From Fimbriimonadales bacterium (GTDB taxonomy: Bacteria; Armatimonadota; Fimbriimonadia; Fimbriimonadales; JABRVX01), in contig BTVI01000001.1 of NCBI GenBank assembly GCA_045862955.1, positions 32,001 to 96,000 on the forward strand: DNA of 64,000 bases. The letters are read 5' to 3'. Positions 18,934-28,655 of the stretch are shown piece by piece. The notes under the pieces were generated by a model, which made no database searches, was not told where the DNA came from, and saw nothing but the letters and a program-made list of their open reading frames with translations. Position 1 is the stretch's first letter. Each line of letters opens with the position of its first letter. Position numbers and translations under genes: made by a program.

Positions 18934-21271
18934 CCGCAGCCTCCAGGGCAAGTCTCACGAGGCGCTCGCACAGGTCGGAGAAGGACATGCCCGCAGCCGC
19001 AGCCGCACGCGGGAAGATGGAGGTAGGCGTCATGCCGGGGACCGTGTTTACCTCCAACACCTTTAGCCCGTCTTTGGTAAGCATCATGTCCACCCTGCAG
19101 AAGCCCGCGCAGCCCAAGACGCGGTGACAATCGCCAGCGATGCGCGCTGCCTCCGCTGCGACCTCCTCGGGCACCCGAGCGGGCACGATCTCCTCGGTGA
19201 GACCCGGTGTGTACTTGGACTCGTAGTCGTATGCTCCCTTCCGCGGCACGATCTCGACTATCGGCAAGACCTCGGGCTGTTGGTTGCCCAGCACGCAGGC
19301 CGACAGTTCCGTACCGCGCAGGAGAGGCTCGATCAGCGCCTCGGTGTCATATCGCAGAGCGACTTTGACGGCGTTGCGTAGCTCATCCGACGTGGTTGCA
19401 AAACCGAGTCCCACCGACGAGCCCTGGGAATTGGGCTTCACGACGGCAGGAAGCGGTAGGTCGTCTGGCATTGGGTCCCTCCTCGTCAGGAGATACCCAC
19501 TCGCAACCGGTAGGCCGGCTGCACCTAACAGTCGTTTTGCGAGGTGCTTGTTCATGGCAAGGGCGCTTGCCAGAACGCCGGAGCCGGTATATGGCAGGCC
19601 GGCAAGCTCGAGCAGTCCTTGGAGACACCCATCCTCGCCACCGGGTCCATGCAGCGCGACGAACACCACATCGGGAATACTGGCACCGGCACGACGGGCC
19701 GATTCTGTGACCGAGCGACCCGCGATCAGGTCTCGGAGCACACCGCGCAGCCGTGAGGGATCGAAGGTGTCAACTTCGAAGCCTTTTTCCTTCAGCGCAC
19801 CTGCTACCATCTCGCCGGTTGCACGCGATATTTCTCGCTCGGCGCTGTGTCCACCGGCTACCACTAGCACCTTCATGGGGGTGGCACCGGACGCAGCCAA
19901 GCGCTCACGGATCGGACCGAGCACCTCGTTGATGTCTCCCGCACCCATGGCCACCAGCACATCACCCTCGTGCAGGCTCGGAAGCACTGCTTCTGGTAGG
20001 TCGTGCAGAGACGGGACGTAGGCGAACGGCATCTCTGGACGGATGCGCGTGACCTCTTCGGCGAGACGGGCGGAGCCTATGCCGGGGATAGGTGCTTCGC
20101 GTGCCGGGTAGATGTCGGTGAGCAGCAATGCATCGGCCTGGGTCAGTGCTTCGGCGAAGCCGAGCAGGTAGTCCTTGGTTCGCGTGTAGAGGTGCGGCTG
20201 AAAAGCTACCACTAGCCTTCGGTGGGGATAGCGCTGTCGCAACGCAGCGATGGAGGCTCTGATCTCGGTGGGATGGTGTGCGTAATCGTCTACGAGGGTC
20301 ACACCGCGCACCGTGGCCTTCTCTTCCAAGCGCCTCTCGGCAGTGGTCGGCCTCGCCATGGCTCGTGCAGCTGCGTCGAAAGAGCACCCGCACTCGAGCG
20401 CCGCCGCGGTGGCAGCCAAGGCGTTTCGCACGTTGTGTTCACCCGGAATCGCAATGGTTAGTCGGCCTAACACGTCGCCAGAACGCCACAGGTCGAAAGC
20501 GGTTCCTTCTGGCTTCGGTTCCAAGGCGACTGCACGATAATCCCCCTTCGCGATGCCGAAGGTGAGTACACGACAGCGCGCCGATGCCGAAATGCTGCTA
20601 CATACGTCGTCGTCCGCCGGCGAGATGAGCAGTCCGTCGGGTGGGAGAGAGGCAACGAACTCCCTCACACATGCTATCAAGTTCTCGAAGCTGCCATGGT
20701 AGTGCAAGTGGTCCGATTCGAGGTTGAGAAGTAGTGCCACCTGAGGACGCATGTCTCGGATGGCAGCATAAGCTTCGCAGGCTTCTGCCACGAACCAGCG
20801 TCCCTTACCGATTCGCAGACTGCCACCGAACGCTTCGACCTCTGCACCCACCACCACCGTCGGATCCAATCCAGCTTCTATCAGAATAGAGCCGAGGAGC
20901 GTGGTGGTAGTGGTCTTGCCATGGGTACCCGTTATGGCGATACCATCTCCTTCACCCATCAGGTGTCCCAGCAACTGACTGCGTCGCCACGCGGGGATAC
21001 CCTGCGCCCGTGCCGCTTCGATCTCCGGGTGATCGGATGGCACGGCGTCAGTGTAGATTAGCCAGTCCGCACCGGCGACGTGCGAGGGATCGTGACCCTG
21101 GTGGATAACTGCACCGAGGGCCGCCAAATGATCGGTGACAGGTGTTAGGCGCTGGTCACACCCGGAGACCGCGAGTCCTCGGTGCAGCAGCAACTGGGCT
21201 AACGGGCTCTGGCCAGCACCCCCGATGCCGAGAAAGTGCGGTCTTCGGCAGGCCGAGAAGTCCTCCGCCAT
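18911..21271 (-). CDS. murC-ddl: MurC - D-Ala-D-Ala ligase fusion protein
   Basis: MurC motifs HFLGIGGAG, AITGTHGKTTT, DDYAHHP, FQPH; from about 19876 Ddl motifs AGGHSAEREIS, LHGPGGEDG, YDYESKY, LEVNTVPGMT, all in one frame. Confidence 0.93.
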   Translation of the reverse strand: MAEDFSACRRPHFLGIGGAGQSPLAQLLLHRGLAVSGCDQRLTPVTDHLAALGAVIHQGHDPSHVAGADWLIYTDAVPSDHPEIEAARAQGIPAWRRSQLLGHLMGEGDGIAITGTHGKTTTTTLLGSILIEAGLDPTVVVGAEVEAFGGSLRIGKGRWFVAEACEAYAAIRDMRPQVALLLNLESDHLHYHGSFENLIACVREFVASLPPDGLLISPADDDVCSSISASARCRVLTFGIAKGDYRAVALEPKPEGTAFDLWRSGDVLGRLTIAIPGEHNVRNALAATAAALECGCSFDAAARAMARPTTAERRLEEKATVRGVTLVDDYAHHPTEIRASIAALRQRYPHRRLVVAFQPHLYTRTKDYLLGFAEALTQADALLLTDIYPAREAPIPGIGSARLAEEVTRIRPEMPFAYVPSLHDLPEAVLPSLHEGDVLVAMGAGDINEVLGPIRERLAASGATPMKVLVVAGGHSAEREISRATGEMVAGALKEKGFEVDTFDPSRLRGVLRDLIAGRSVTESARRAGASIPDVVFVALHGPGGEDGCLQGLLELAGLPYTGSGVLASALAMNKHLAKRLLGAAGLPVASGYLLTRRDPMPDDLPLPAVVKPNSQGSSVGLGFATTSDELRNAVKVALRYDTEALIEPLLRGTELSACVLGNQQPEVLPIVEIVPRKGAYDYESKYTPGLTEEIVPARVPEEVAAEAARIAGDCHRVLGCAGFCRVDMMLTKDGLKVLEVNTVPGMTPTSIFPRAAAAAGMSFSDLCERLVRLALEAADARRPVL

Positions 21272-21275
21272 TCGC

Positions 21276-22409
21276 TCACGACACCTTCCTTCGGCGGTCA
21301 GAACGGATCGGCACCTGGGCGGCCTCGACGAGCAGGTCGAGGATCGTCTCTGCAGCGTTGGGCACGAAGGCTTTGCGAGCGGCGGCAGACCTCGCTTCAC
21401 GGATCTCGGGATGCGTTCGCCACTGTTCGATGTGCTCGGCCAGGACCGCGGGCGCGAGGGTGCTCTGACGCACCAGCACGCCGGCACCGGCCTGCTCCAG
21501 TGCCCGAGCGTTATGAAACTGGTGATTTGCTGCAGCGGTCGGCAGCGGCACCATCACGATAGGCAGTGCCCATGCCAATGCCTCGTTCAGGGTCCCCGAC
21601 CCGCAGCGAGTCACCGCCATATCCGCTGCGCGGAACGCGTTGCCTACGTCGGCGCCTTCCAAGAAGCCGAATGCTACGTAGTTTCCATTCAGGGCGCAGC
21701 GATCCGCCGAGGCGCGAACGGCCGACACGTGCTTTTCGCCAGTGACGTGAAGCCACTGCACGCTGGTGCTACCCATGAACTTTGCCGTGCTGAGCACGGC
21801 TTCGTTGAGGGCCTGGGCTCCTTGCGAGCCACCATACACCAGCACGGTCCAGCGGTCGGGGCGCAGACCGAACCTCTCGCGGGCGGCCTCCTTGGTTAAG
21901 TCCGACCGGATCGCCTCGTCTCGCAGTGGCATGCCGGTCCGAACGACCCGTGACCGGGGAAAGTCACGAGTTGCCTGCTCGAATACCACACACACCAATG
22001 CAGCGTGCCTGCCCATCATACGATTTGCACGTCCGGCGATAGCATTCTGCTCGTGGAGGACGTAGGGGCCGCCTCGCTTTCGCTGCGCAATCAGCACAGG
22101 AGCGGCGGCGTATCCGCCCGTACCGAATACGACGTCCGGCTGGAAGGCTTCGAGGATGTGCGCGGCCTCGCGCTGGGCACGCGCAAGCTTGAGCAGGCCC
22201 TTGAGGCCTCGTGGGGTGAGAGGAGCGCCAACCGGTTCGGCGTGCACGCGGTCGAACGCGAAGGGCAGGTCCCGGGCAAACTGGTTCTCGATTCCGCGAT
22301 AGCTGCCGACGTAGAGGACGTCACATCCTCGAGAAGCCGCAGCGAACCCGATACGAAGGGCTGGGAACACGTGTCCTCCCGTCCCTCCGCCGCAGATCAC
22401 GAGTCGCAT
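21276..22409 (-). CDS. murG: Lipid II GlcNAc transferase MurG
   Basis: GGGTGGHVFP, GTGGY, HEQNAIAG, YGGSQGA, HQFHNA. Confidence 0.96.
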   Translation of the reverse strand: MRLVICGGGTGGHVFPALRIGFAAASRGCDVLYVGSYRGIENQFARDLPFAFDRVHAEPVGAPLTPRGLKGLLKLARAQREAAHILEAFQPDVVFGTGGYAAAPVLIAQRKRGGPYVLHEQNAIAGRANRMMGRHAALVCVVFEQATRDFPRSRVVRTGMPLRDEAIRSDLTKEAARERFGLRPDRWTVLVYGGSQGAQALNEAVLSTAKFMGSTSVQWLHVTGEKHVSAVRASADRCALNGNYVAFGFLEGADVGNAFRAADMAVTRCGSGTLNEALAWALPIVMVPLPTAAANHQFHNARALEQAGAGVLVRQSTLAPAVLAEHIEQWRTHPEIREARSAAARKAFVPNAAETILDLLVEAAQVPIRSDRRRKVS

Positions 22410-23553
22410 CCTGCGCTTCCTCCTTCCGCTCGGCAAGCCTGGTAGCTTGAACGATACCCAATCCGAACGCCAGCGCCGTGAGGCTACTACCTCCCATGCT
22501 GAAAAACGGCAGCGGCACACCCACGGGAGGGACGATCGCAGTCACCATGACCAGGTTCATAGCCGACTGCGCACCGATCCAACAGCCGAGTCCCGAGGCG
22601 ACGAGTGCCCCGAATCGTGTAGGAGCCCGGGCTGACAACCAAAACAGCCTCCAAACTATGCTGGCCAGTAGGCCGACGACGATGAGCGAGCCGAGTAGGC
22701 CAGTCTCCTCGGCGATGGTAACGAAGACGTAGTCTGTGGTGGCGGCTGGGAGCGCATACTTGGCGAGGCCCATGCCGATGCCCTGACCGGTTATACCTCC
22801 CATGCCGATACCCAGCTCGGCACGCACCGGCTGAAAGCCCTCGGCCTGTGCGACCGCAGGGTCCCAGCGCTGGTTGTGATGCAAGATGCGCTGCAAGCGA
22901 TAGGGCTGCATCTGCACCATCACGATAACTGCCAGTCCCGCAAGACCGACGATACCCGCAATGGTAGTCCAGCGCACCCCACCCAGCCACATCATGCTGA
23001 GCAGTACTACCATTACCACGGCGGCAGTGCCCAGGTCTGGTTGTCGTTCGACCAACACCGCCGCAATCACGATGGAGCCTACCACCGTGAATCGCAAGAT
23101 GCGGCCCGCGTCGGTGCGTCTTTTCTGCGGCCTTCGCTCACGCTTCGGCAGCTTCTCGAGCAACCAAGCCATTACTAACACGACGCCGAGCTTGAGGTAC
23201 TCGGACGGCTGCACGGTGAAGCCGCCCGGGAGCGACAACCACCTCGAGGCACCATTCACCTCGAGGCCGATGCCAGGTACCATCACTACGACGCACCCGA
23301 CGAGCGACAGGACGAACAGAGTTAGTCCCACGACGCGCAGCCATCGTGCGGAGAGGCGACTGCCAACCACGTACGCCAGTAATACTAACACCAGATACAC
23401 GATCTGTTGGCGCACCTGTACTAAGAACGTGCCCGAGCTGATGGCTCTGGGGTATACGGCGTCTAGGACGAAGAATGCACCTAGCACCGCGGCGATAAGC
23501 CACATGGCGGTCAGATAAACGTCCCGCTTAGGGCGTACTGCTTCGCCGCTCAC
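22321..23553 (-). CDS. ftsW: SEDS protein FtsW
   Basis: Multi-TM; NGASRW, QPSEYLK, QPDLGT, TDYVF, GVPLPFFSMGGSS. Confidence 0.93.
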   Translation of the reverse strand: MSGEAVRPKRDVYLTAMWLIAAVLGAFFVLDAVYPRAISSGTFLVQVRQQIVYLVLVLLAYVVGSRLSARWLRVVGLTLFVLSLVGCVVVMVPGIGLEVNGASRWLSLPGGFTVQPSEYLKLGVVLVMAWLLEKLPKRERRPQKRRTDAGRILRFTVVGSIVIAAVLVERQPDLGTAAVVMVVLLSMMWLGGVRWTTIAGIVGLAGLAVIVMVQMQPYRLQRILHHNQRWDPAVAQAEGFQPVRAELGIGMGGITGQGIGMGLAKYALPAATTDYVFVTIAEETGLLGSLIVVGLLASIVWRLFWLSARAPTRFGALVASGLGCWIGAQSAMNLVMVTAIVPPVGVPLPFFSMGGSSLTALAFGLGIVQATRLAERKEEAQDATRDLRRRDGRTRVPSPSYRVRCGFSRM

Positions 23554-24884
23554 GTCCTGGCCTCCGCAAGGTGTCGAGCAACCAACTGACGGAATCGCTC
23601 GGCCCGCTCCAAAAAACTCCCGAACTGGTCGAAACTGGCCCCCCCTGGCGCGAGCAAGACGGTGTCGCCCGGGCGAGCCAGGCCGACGGCGTTTGCAAAT
23701 GCTTCATCGAGGGTGTTCACTCGTACGTGGGATACGCCGGCGGCAGCGAACAGCCCTGCAAGCTCGCCGGCCATCTCCCCATAAAGGACTGCTGGCCGCT
23801 CGAGCGCGCGGCAGGCTGCCACGATGGGTGCAGGGTCATTCCCTTTCGCCACTCCTCCGATGAGTGGGAGCGTGAAAGGGCCCGAAGACGTGATTGCGTT
23901 CGCGCACGAGGTGGGGTTCGTGGCTGCAGAGTTGTCTACGAAGGTGATCCCCATGTGTACCCCTACCACCTCCATCCGGCTGTGCAGACCGCGGAAGCCT
24001 TGCAGCGCCAGACGAATGGCATCCGTGCGAGCCCCGAACAGCCAAGCCGCGGTCGCCGCTGCCAGCGCGTTGTCCTTGTCGGCCGAGCTGCGTGTTTGGA
24101 GGTCAGCGTGCTCGGCAAGAAAGTGCTCTTCACCCTCCAGCCGCAGCACCATGTGCCCCTCTCGGTGGAATGCGCAGTCTCTCGGCAGCTCCTGCGGAAA
24201 AGAGATGCGGCGCGACGCCACTTCAGGCACGTCCGCGTACCCGATGACGGCGAAGTCCTCTGGAGTCTGCCTGCGGAAGATTCGACGCTTGACTGCCGCG
24301 TACTCCTCGAAGCTCCCGGCGTATCGGTTCAGGTGGTCTTGATCGATTCGTGTTAGCACCGCGATGCGGGGACGGAAGCTATCCACCCATTCGAGCTGAA
24401 AGCTGCTAATCTCTGCAACGAGCACATCGTCTGGATCGGCATCCATGGCAGCTTGCGTGGCAGGCTTGTCCTCGGCAGACCTCGCAATGTTGCCGCACAG
24501 ATGGGCTCGAAAGCCAGCTGCCTGCAACATCCTGTAGGTCAGGTAGGTGGTAGTTGATTTGCCGTTGGTACCGGTGACAGCGATGATGGGTGCCTTCGAG
24601 ATACGGTACGCCAGTTCGGGTTCCGACCATACCGGTATGCCTCTGGCGACCGCGGCACGCAGAGCGGGATGCTCACGCGCGAAGCCGGGGCTGGTGACAA
24701 CCAGCTCGAACGGCTCGCTGGGAAGAGTGCGATCCCAGTTGGCTACGACTTCGCATTCGGGCAGTACGACATCACTCTCATCGTAGATAGTGACACGCAC
24801 CCCTGACGCCGACAGGGCCTGGGCTGCTGCGCGACCGGACTTCCCCGCCCCGAGTACTGCTGCACGCGAGATACCCGCTATCAT
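23550..24884 (-). CDS. murD: UDP-MurNAc-L-Ala-D-Glu ligase MurD
   Basis: VLGAGKSG, AVTGTNGKSTT, EISSFQL, DHLNRY, DNSAATN, LAPGGASFDQF. Confidence 0.95.
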   Translation of the reverse strand: MIAGISRAAVLGAGKSGRAAAQALSASGVRVTIYDESDVVLPECEVVANWDRTLPSEPFELVVTSPGFAREHPALRAAVARGIPVWSEPELAYRISKAPIIAVTGTNGKSTTTYLTYRMLQAAGFRAHLCGNIARSAEDKPATQAAMDADPDDVLVAEISSFQLEWVDSFRPRIAVLTRIDQDHLNRYAGSFEEYAAVKRRIFRRQTPEDFAVIGYADVPEVASRRISFPQELPRDCAFHREGHMVLRLEGEEHFLAEHADLQTRSSADKDNALAAATAAWLFGARTDAIRLALQGFRGLHSRMEVVGVHMGITFVDNSAATNPTSCANAITSSGPFTLPLIGGVAKGNDPAPIVAACRALERPAVLYGEMAGELAGLFAAAGVSHVRVNTLDEAFANAVGLARPGDTVLLAPGGASFDQFGSFLERAERFRQLVARHLAEART

Positions 24885-25804
24885 CGCACCAGAATCCCGT
24901 AGGCTAAGGTGCAAGCCGCTTGGACGGCGAGGAAACCAGCAACTACTCGTCGCTCTGGGACACCCGCAAACTGAAACGCATGGTGGATGGGTGTGCGCAG
25001 AAACAGCCGCCGCCTGAACAACTTCACCCATAGAATCTGCAGCGGTACCGGGACTAGTTCGGCGAGAAGCACTGCCACTAGCAGCAGCAGCCACGGGGAC
25101 GCTTGCGGTTGAGCTAACAGCGCGAAGCCGAAGCCCGCACCGAGCATCAGGGATCCCGTATCACCCATGAATAGCCTCGCGGGTGGTGCATTGTACACGA
25201 GGAAACCTAGCGCGCAGCCGGCGATCACTGCACAGAAGAAAGCATCGCCACCACCCATGAATAGCCCGATGGACGCCAGAACCATCACACCCGCCGCCAG
25301 CCCGTCCATACCGTCAGTGAAATTTACTGCGTTCGCAACCCCGACAACGATGACAGCAGCTGTCGCGATGGCGGCGATGTCTGTGCCGACCAGCCACGCG
25401 GTGCCGTCTTGGGAATTCAGGTACGCAGCGCATACCGGGACCGCGACCGCGAACTGAAGGACGAGTTTGGGGATCCATCCAAGGCCGCGCTTCGTCGTCA
25501 CTCGCGGCAGGATCACATCATCGAGGATTCCGATCAGCGCGAAGCCAACCGTGAGCACGAACCACAGACCGGCTGAGGCAGGTAGCCGGGCCTGCCCGTC
25601 GCGGGCCAGGATGCTCATGGCCCACGCCGCGAGAGCAGCGAGCAGCATCATCAGCCCGCCGGCCGTCGGGGTCCCCTGCTTCTCGCTGTGTTCGGGAACG
25701 TACTCGCTGATCTTCTGTGACACGCCTAGACGGCGAAGCAGCACCATCACCGGCCAGCCGATGATCGCTGTGGCGAGCGCCGTCACGAGCATCGTCTGCA
25801 TCAT
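24881..25804 (-). CDS. mraY: Phospho-MurNAc-pentapeptide transferase MraY
   Basis: KQGTPTAGG, NAVNFTDGMDGL, FMGDTGS, PIHH. Confidence 0.96.
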   Translation of the reverse strand: MMQTMLVTALATAIIGWPVMVLLRRLGVSQKISEYVPEHSEKQGTPTAGGLMMLLAALAAWAMSILARDGQARLPASAGLWFVLTVGFALIGILDDVILPRVTTKRGLGWIPKLVLQFAVAVPVCAAYLNSQDGTAWLVGTDIAAIATAAVIVVGVANAVNFTDGMDGLAAGVMVLASIGLFMGGGDAFFCAVIAGCALGFLVYNAPPARLFMGDTGSLMLGAGFGFALLAQPQASPWLLLLVAVLLAELVPVPLQILWVKLFRRRLFLRTPIHHAFQFAGVPERRVVAGFLAVQAACTLAYGILVR

Positions 25805-27195
25805 GATCGAGCCTCGGCAAGAGCGTCCAGCAGCCGCTCCATTCGCAGTGCGCGCGAGCCTTTGATCAAGATCAGGTCTTCATCTTGTACAAATCCGGGG
25901 AGCCACTCGGCTGCCGCCTCTGTCGTTTCGAGCCGAGTGACTCCCTCCTTGGGCATGGATGCCTCTAGCGCCGCGTCGGCAATCCATCCGGCTTCCGTGC
26001 CGACCACGCCCAACTCGTTCACACCGAGCTCCGCCACGAGCCGTCCTATCGAACGGTGCTCCTGCTCGGCAAACTCTCCCAGTTCGAGCATACTGCCCAG
26101 GACCGCGACCCGCCGCTTAGCCGGCATTTCGGCTAGTGTTCGGAGGGCGGCCGCCATCGAGTCCGGGTTGGCGTTGTACATGTCCGCCAGCACTCGGACC
26201 TTTCCGAATCGAAGGGTTTGCATCCTTTGAGGAGGAAACGCTGCGTTGCGCAGTCCTGCTGCCGCCCTCTCCACGTCCAAGTTCAGCGCGCCGGCCACCG
26301 CCAGGGCCGCGGCTGCATTCTCGGCCTGAAACCTGCCTAGCGCATAGATCTGCCCTACGACCCTTCGCCCGAACGCGGTGAACGAGACCTCCATGTGTGT
26401 CTCTGCAGGTTCGATGTGCACCACCTGCACATCTCCACCAGGGCCGAATGTGATCACCCGGCAAGTGGCGCGGGCTCTCAAGGCGTTCGTCCATCGGTCG
26501 CCGACGCGCAGTATCGCGGCGCCATCGGAAGGCAGCGCCTCGACTAGCTCGCCTTTCGCCTGTGCCACGGCCTCTGGCGAACCGACCTCCGCTACGTGAA
26601 CGAGACCCACGCTGGTCACCACTCCGACGGTGGGTGAAGCGATTCGGCACAACTCGGCGATTTGGCCGAGACCTCGCATCCCCATTTCGACCACGCTGAG
26701 GTGATGCCATGGCATCAGGTCGAAGAGAGCGAGCGGTACCCCGATCTCGGTATTCAGGTTCCCCTCGGTCTTGTGGACTTTGGCGTGCACCGACAACGCA
26801 GCGACCGTCAGTTCCTTGACACTCGTTTTGCCCGTGCTTCCGGTGATACCAATCACCTTTGCAGGCATTCGAGAGCGGTGCCAGGCTGCAAGGTCGCCGA
26901 GAGCGGTTACGGTGTTATCCACTGCGATGTGTGTCGTCTCGGGCAGGGCGCGGCCGCGGTTGACTACCGCGCAGACCGCGCCCCGCCGAAACGCGTCGCG
27001 AATAAAGTCGTGACCGTCCACACGCGCGCCGGGGATTGCGAAGAACAGGCTGCCATCGGAAGCTTGGCGGCTGTCTGCAACGACCGAGGTAACACCCTCG
27101 TCGCGCCCCACCAAGGTGCCACCCATTACGTACGCTGCTTGACTGAGTCGGAAGAGCACGCCGTTAGAGTGGTGCCGGGAAGCGGAGGGTGTCAT
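25801..27195 (-). CDS. murF: MurF ligase
   Basis: GITGSTGKTSVKE, NLNTEIGVP, EMGM, DMYNANPDSM, IKGSR. Confidence 0.96.
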   Translation of the reverse strand: MTPSASRHHSNGVLFRLSQAAYVMGGTLVGRDEGVTSVVADSRQASDGSLFFAIPGARVDGHDFIRDAFRRGAVCAVVNRGRALPETTHIAVDNTVTALGDLAAWHRSRMPAKVIGITGSTGKTSVKELTVAALSVHAKVHKTEGNLNTEIGVPLALFDLMPWHHLSVVEMGMRGLGQIAELCRIASPTVGVVTSVGLVHVAEVGSPEAVAQAKGELVEALPSDGAAILRVGDRWTNALRARATCRVITFGPGGDVQVVHIEPAETHMEVSFTAFGRRVVGQIYALGRFQAENAAAALAVAGALNLDVERAAAGLRNAAFPPQRMQTLRFGKVRVLADMYNANPDSMAAALRTLAEMPAKRRVAVLGSMLELGEFAEQEHRSIGRLVAELGVNELGVVGTEAGWIADAALEASMPKEGVTRLETTEAAAEWLPGFVQDEDLILIKGSRALRMERLLDALAEARS

Positions 27196-28655
27196 GTTAG
27201 CGCCTCACGCACTAACTCGCGGTCGTCCAGGTGGATCTTCGTGACACCAATAATCTGATAGTTCTCATGCCCCTTTCCGGCAACTACCACCAGTTCTCCG
27301 TCTCGAGCGGTTTGGATGGCACGATGGACTGCGCGGCGGCGGTCGGGCTCCACTTCGACCGCCGTCGCATGAGTGGAAGTGATCCCTGCCAAGATGTTCT
27401 CGATGATGCTATTGGGGTCTTCGGTACGTGGATTGTCCGAGGTGATGATCACTCTGTCTGCGAGCTCCGCGGCGATGGCTCCCATTCTCGGGCGCTTGGT
27501 TCGATCTCTATCGCCGCCGCAACCGAAGACCACCGTAAGTCTTTCGGGGCGGAGCTCACGGCACGCTTCGAGTAACTTCTCCAGCGCGTCGGGGGAGTGG
27601 GCGTAGTCTACGATGACGGAGAAACCGCGCCCGGTGGGAATAGCTTCGAAGCGACCCGGAGCGGGTGTAGCTACTGCGAGCCCCGAGGCAATCGTGTCGG
27701 GACTGAGCCCCAAGGCCCAGGCCGTGGCGGCGGCGGCTAGCCCATTCGAGACATTGAACCTGCCCCCGAGGGGCATGACGACATCGGCCGACCCTGACGG
27801 TGTCTCCAGAGTGAAACGTACCGAGTCTGCGGCAACCTGTGTCCCGGAAGCGCGGATGTCACCATCTAGCCTTCCGTAGGTCACGACCCTACCGCGCACC
27901 TCGGTGGCCAGACGGCTCCCGTACAGGTCGTCCACGTTGATGACCCCGACGAAGCTTTTCCCTCCGGCCTCGGCGAGATCGGTGAAGAGCCGAGCCTTCG
28001 CGGCGTAGTAGTCGTTCATGTCGAGGTGGAAGTCCAGGTGCTCTGCGGTCAGATTTGTATAAGTTCCGACGTCGAACCTGCACCCGTCGACCCGACGAAG
28101 CGCCAGAGCGTGAGAGCTGACTTCCATAGAGATCGCCTGGATGCCATCGTTTGCGGCATCCGCCAACAGCTCGGCTAGGTCATGGGCGAAGGGCGTGGTG
28201 TGGCCGAGGTCCCGATGGTGATCTCGCCATTCGGCTCCGAGCGTTCCGACGTAGGCGCATGCGGTGCCCGCGTGGTCGAGAATCACTCGAATCACGTGCG
28301 CTGTCGTCGTTTTCCCGTTCGTGCCGGTAACTCCAATCATCTTCAGGCGGGCCGTGGGGTCGGCATACAGCGCGTGCGCCATGCGCCACAGAGCATCGGT
28401 GGCATCCGGCACCTGTGCCCACGCGACGCCATCGGGCAGCTCGGGGACCGGCCTGTCGGTTACCACCGCTATCGCGCCGCCGTCCACCGCATCGGCTATG
28501 AATGCGTGTCCGTCGGCGTGCTCTCCCTTTAGCGCAACGAACAAAGTGCCCGGGCCCACTCTCCGCGAGTCGACCGATATCCGAGCTACATCGATCTCCT
28601 CCGGACCGCCGAAGACCAGGGGACTCGCGCACCGGACCAGTTCACCAAAGGTCAC
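27192..28655 (-). CDS. murE: MurE ligase (meso-DAP type)
   Basis: GVTGTNGKTT, MEVSSH, VDYAHSPD, FGCGGDRD, DNPR, AGKGHE. Confidence 0.97.
   Translation of the reverse strand: MTFGELVRCASPLVFGGPEEIDVARISVDSRRVGPGTLFVALKGEHADGHAFIADAVDGGAIAVVTDRPVPELPDGVAWAQVPDATDALWRMAHALYADPTARLKMIGVTGTNGKTTTAHVIRVILDHAGTACAYVGTLGAEWRDHHRDLGHTTPFAHDLAELLADAANDGIQAISMEVSSHALALRRVDGCRFDVGTYTNLTAEHLDFHLDMNDYYAAKARLFTDLAEAGGKSFVGVINVDDLYGSRLATEVRGRVVTYGRLDGDIRASGTQVAADSVRFTLETPSGSADVVMPLGGRFNVSNGLAAAATAWALGLSPDTIASGLAVATPAPGRFEAIPTGRGFSVIVDYAHSPDALEKLLEACRELRPERLTVVFGCGGDRDRTKRPRMGAIAAELADRVIITSDNPRTEDPNSIIENILAGITSTHATAVEVEPDRRRAVHRAIQTARDGELVVVAGKGHENYQIIGVTKIHLDDRELVREALT

Noticed and set aside
22321..22409. 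Frameshift or pseudogene in ftsW (89-nt overlap with murG)
   Set aside because: All SEDS motifs and TM segments precede the overlap; this is most simply a C-terminal read-through tail.
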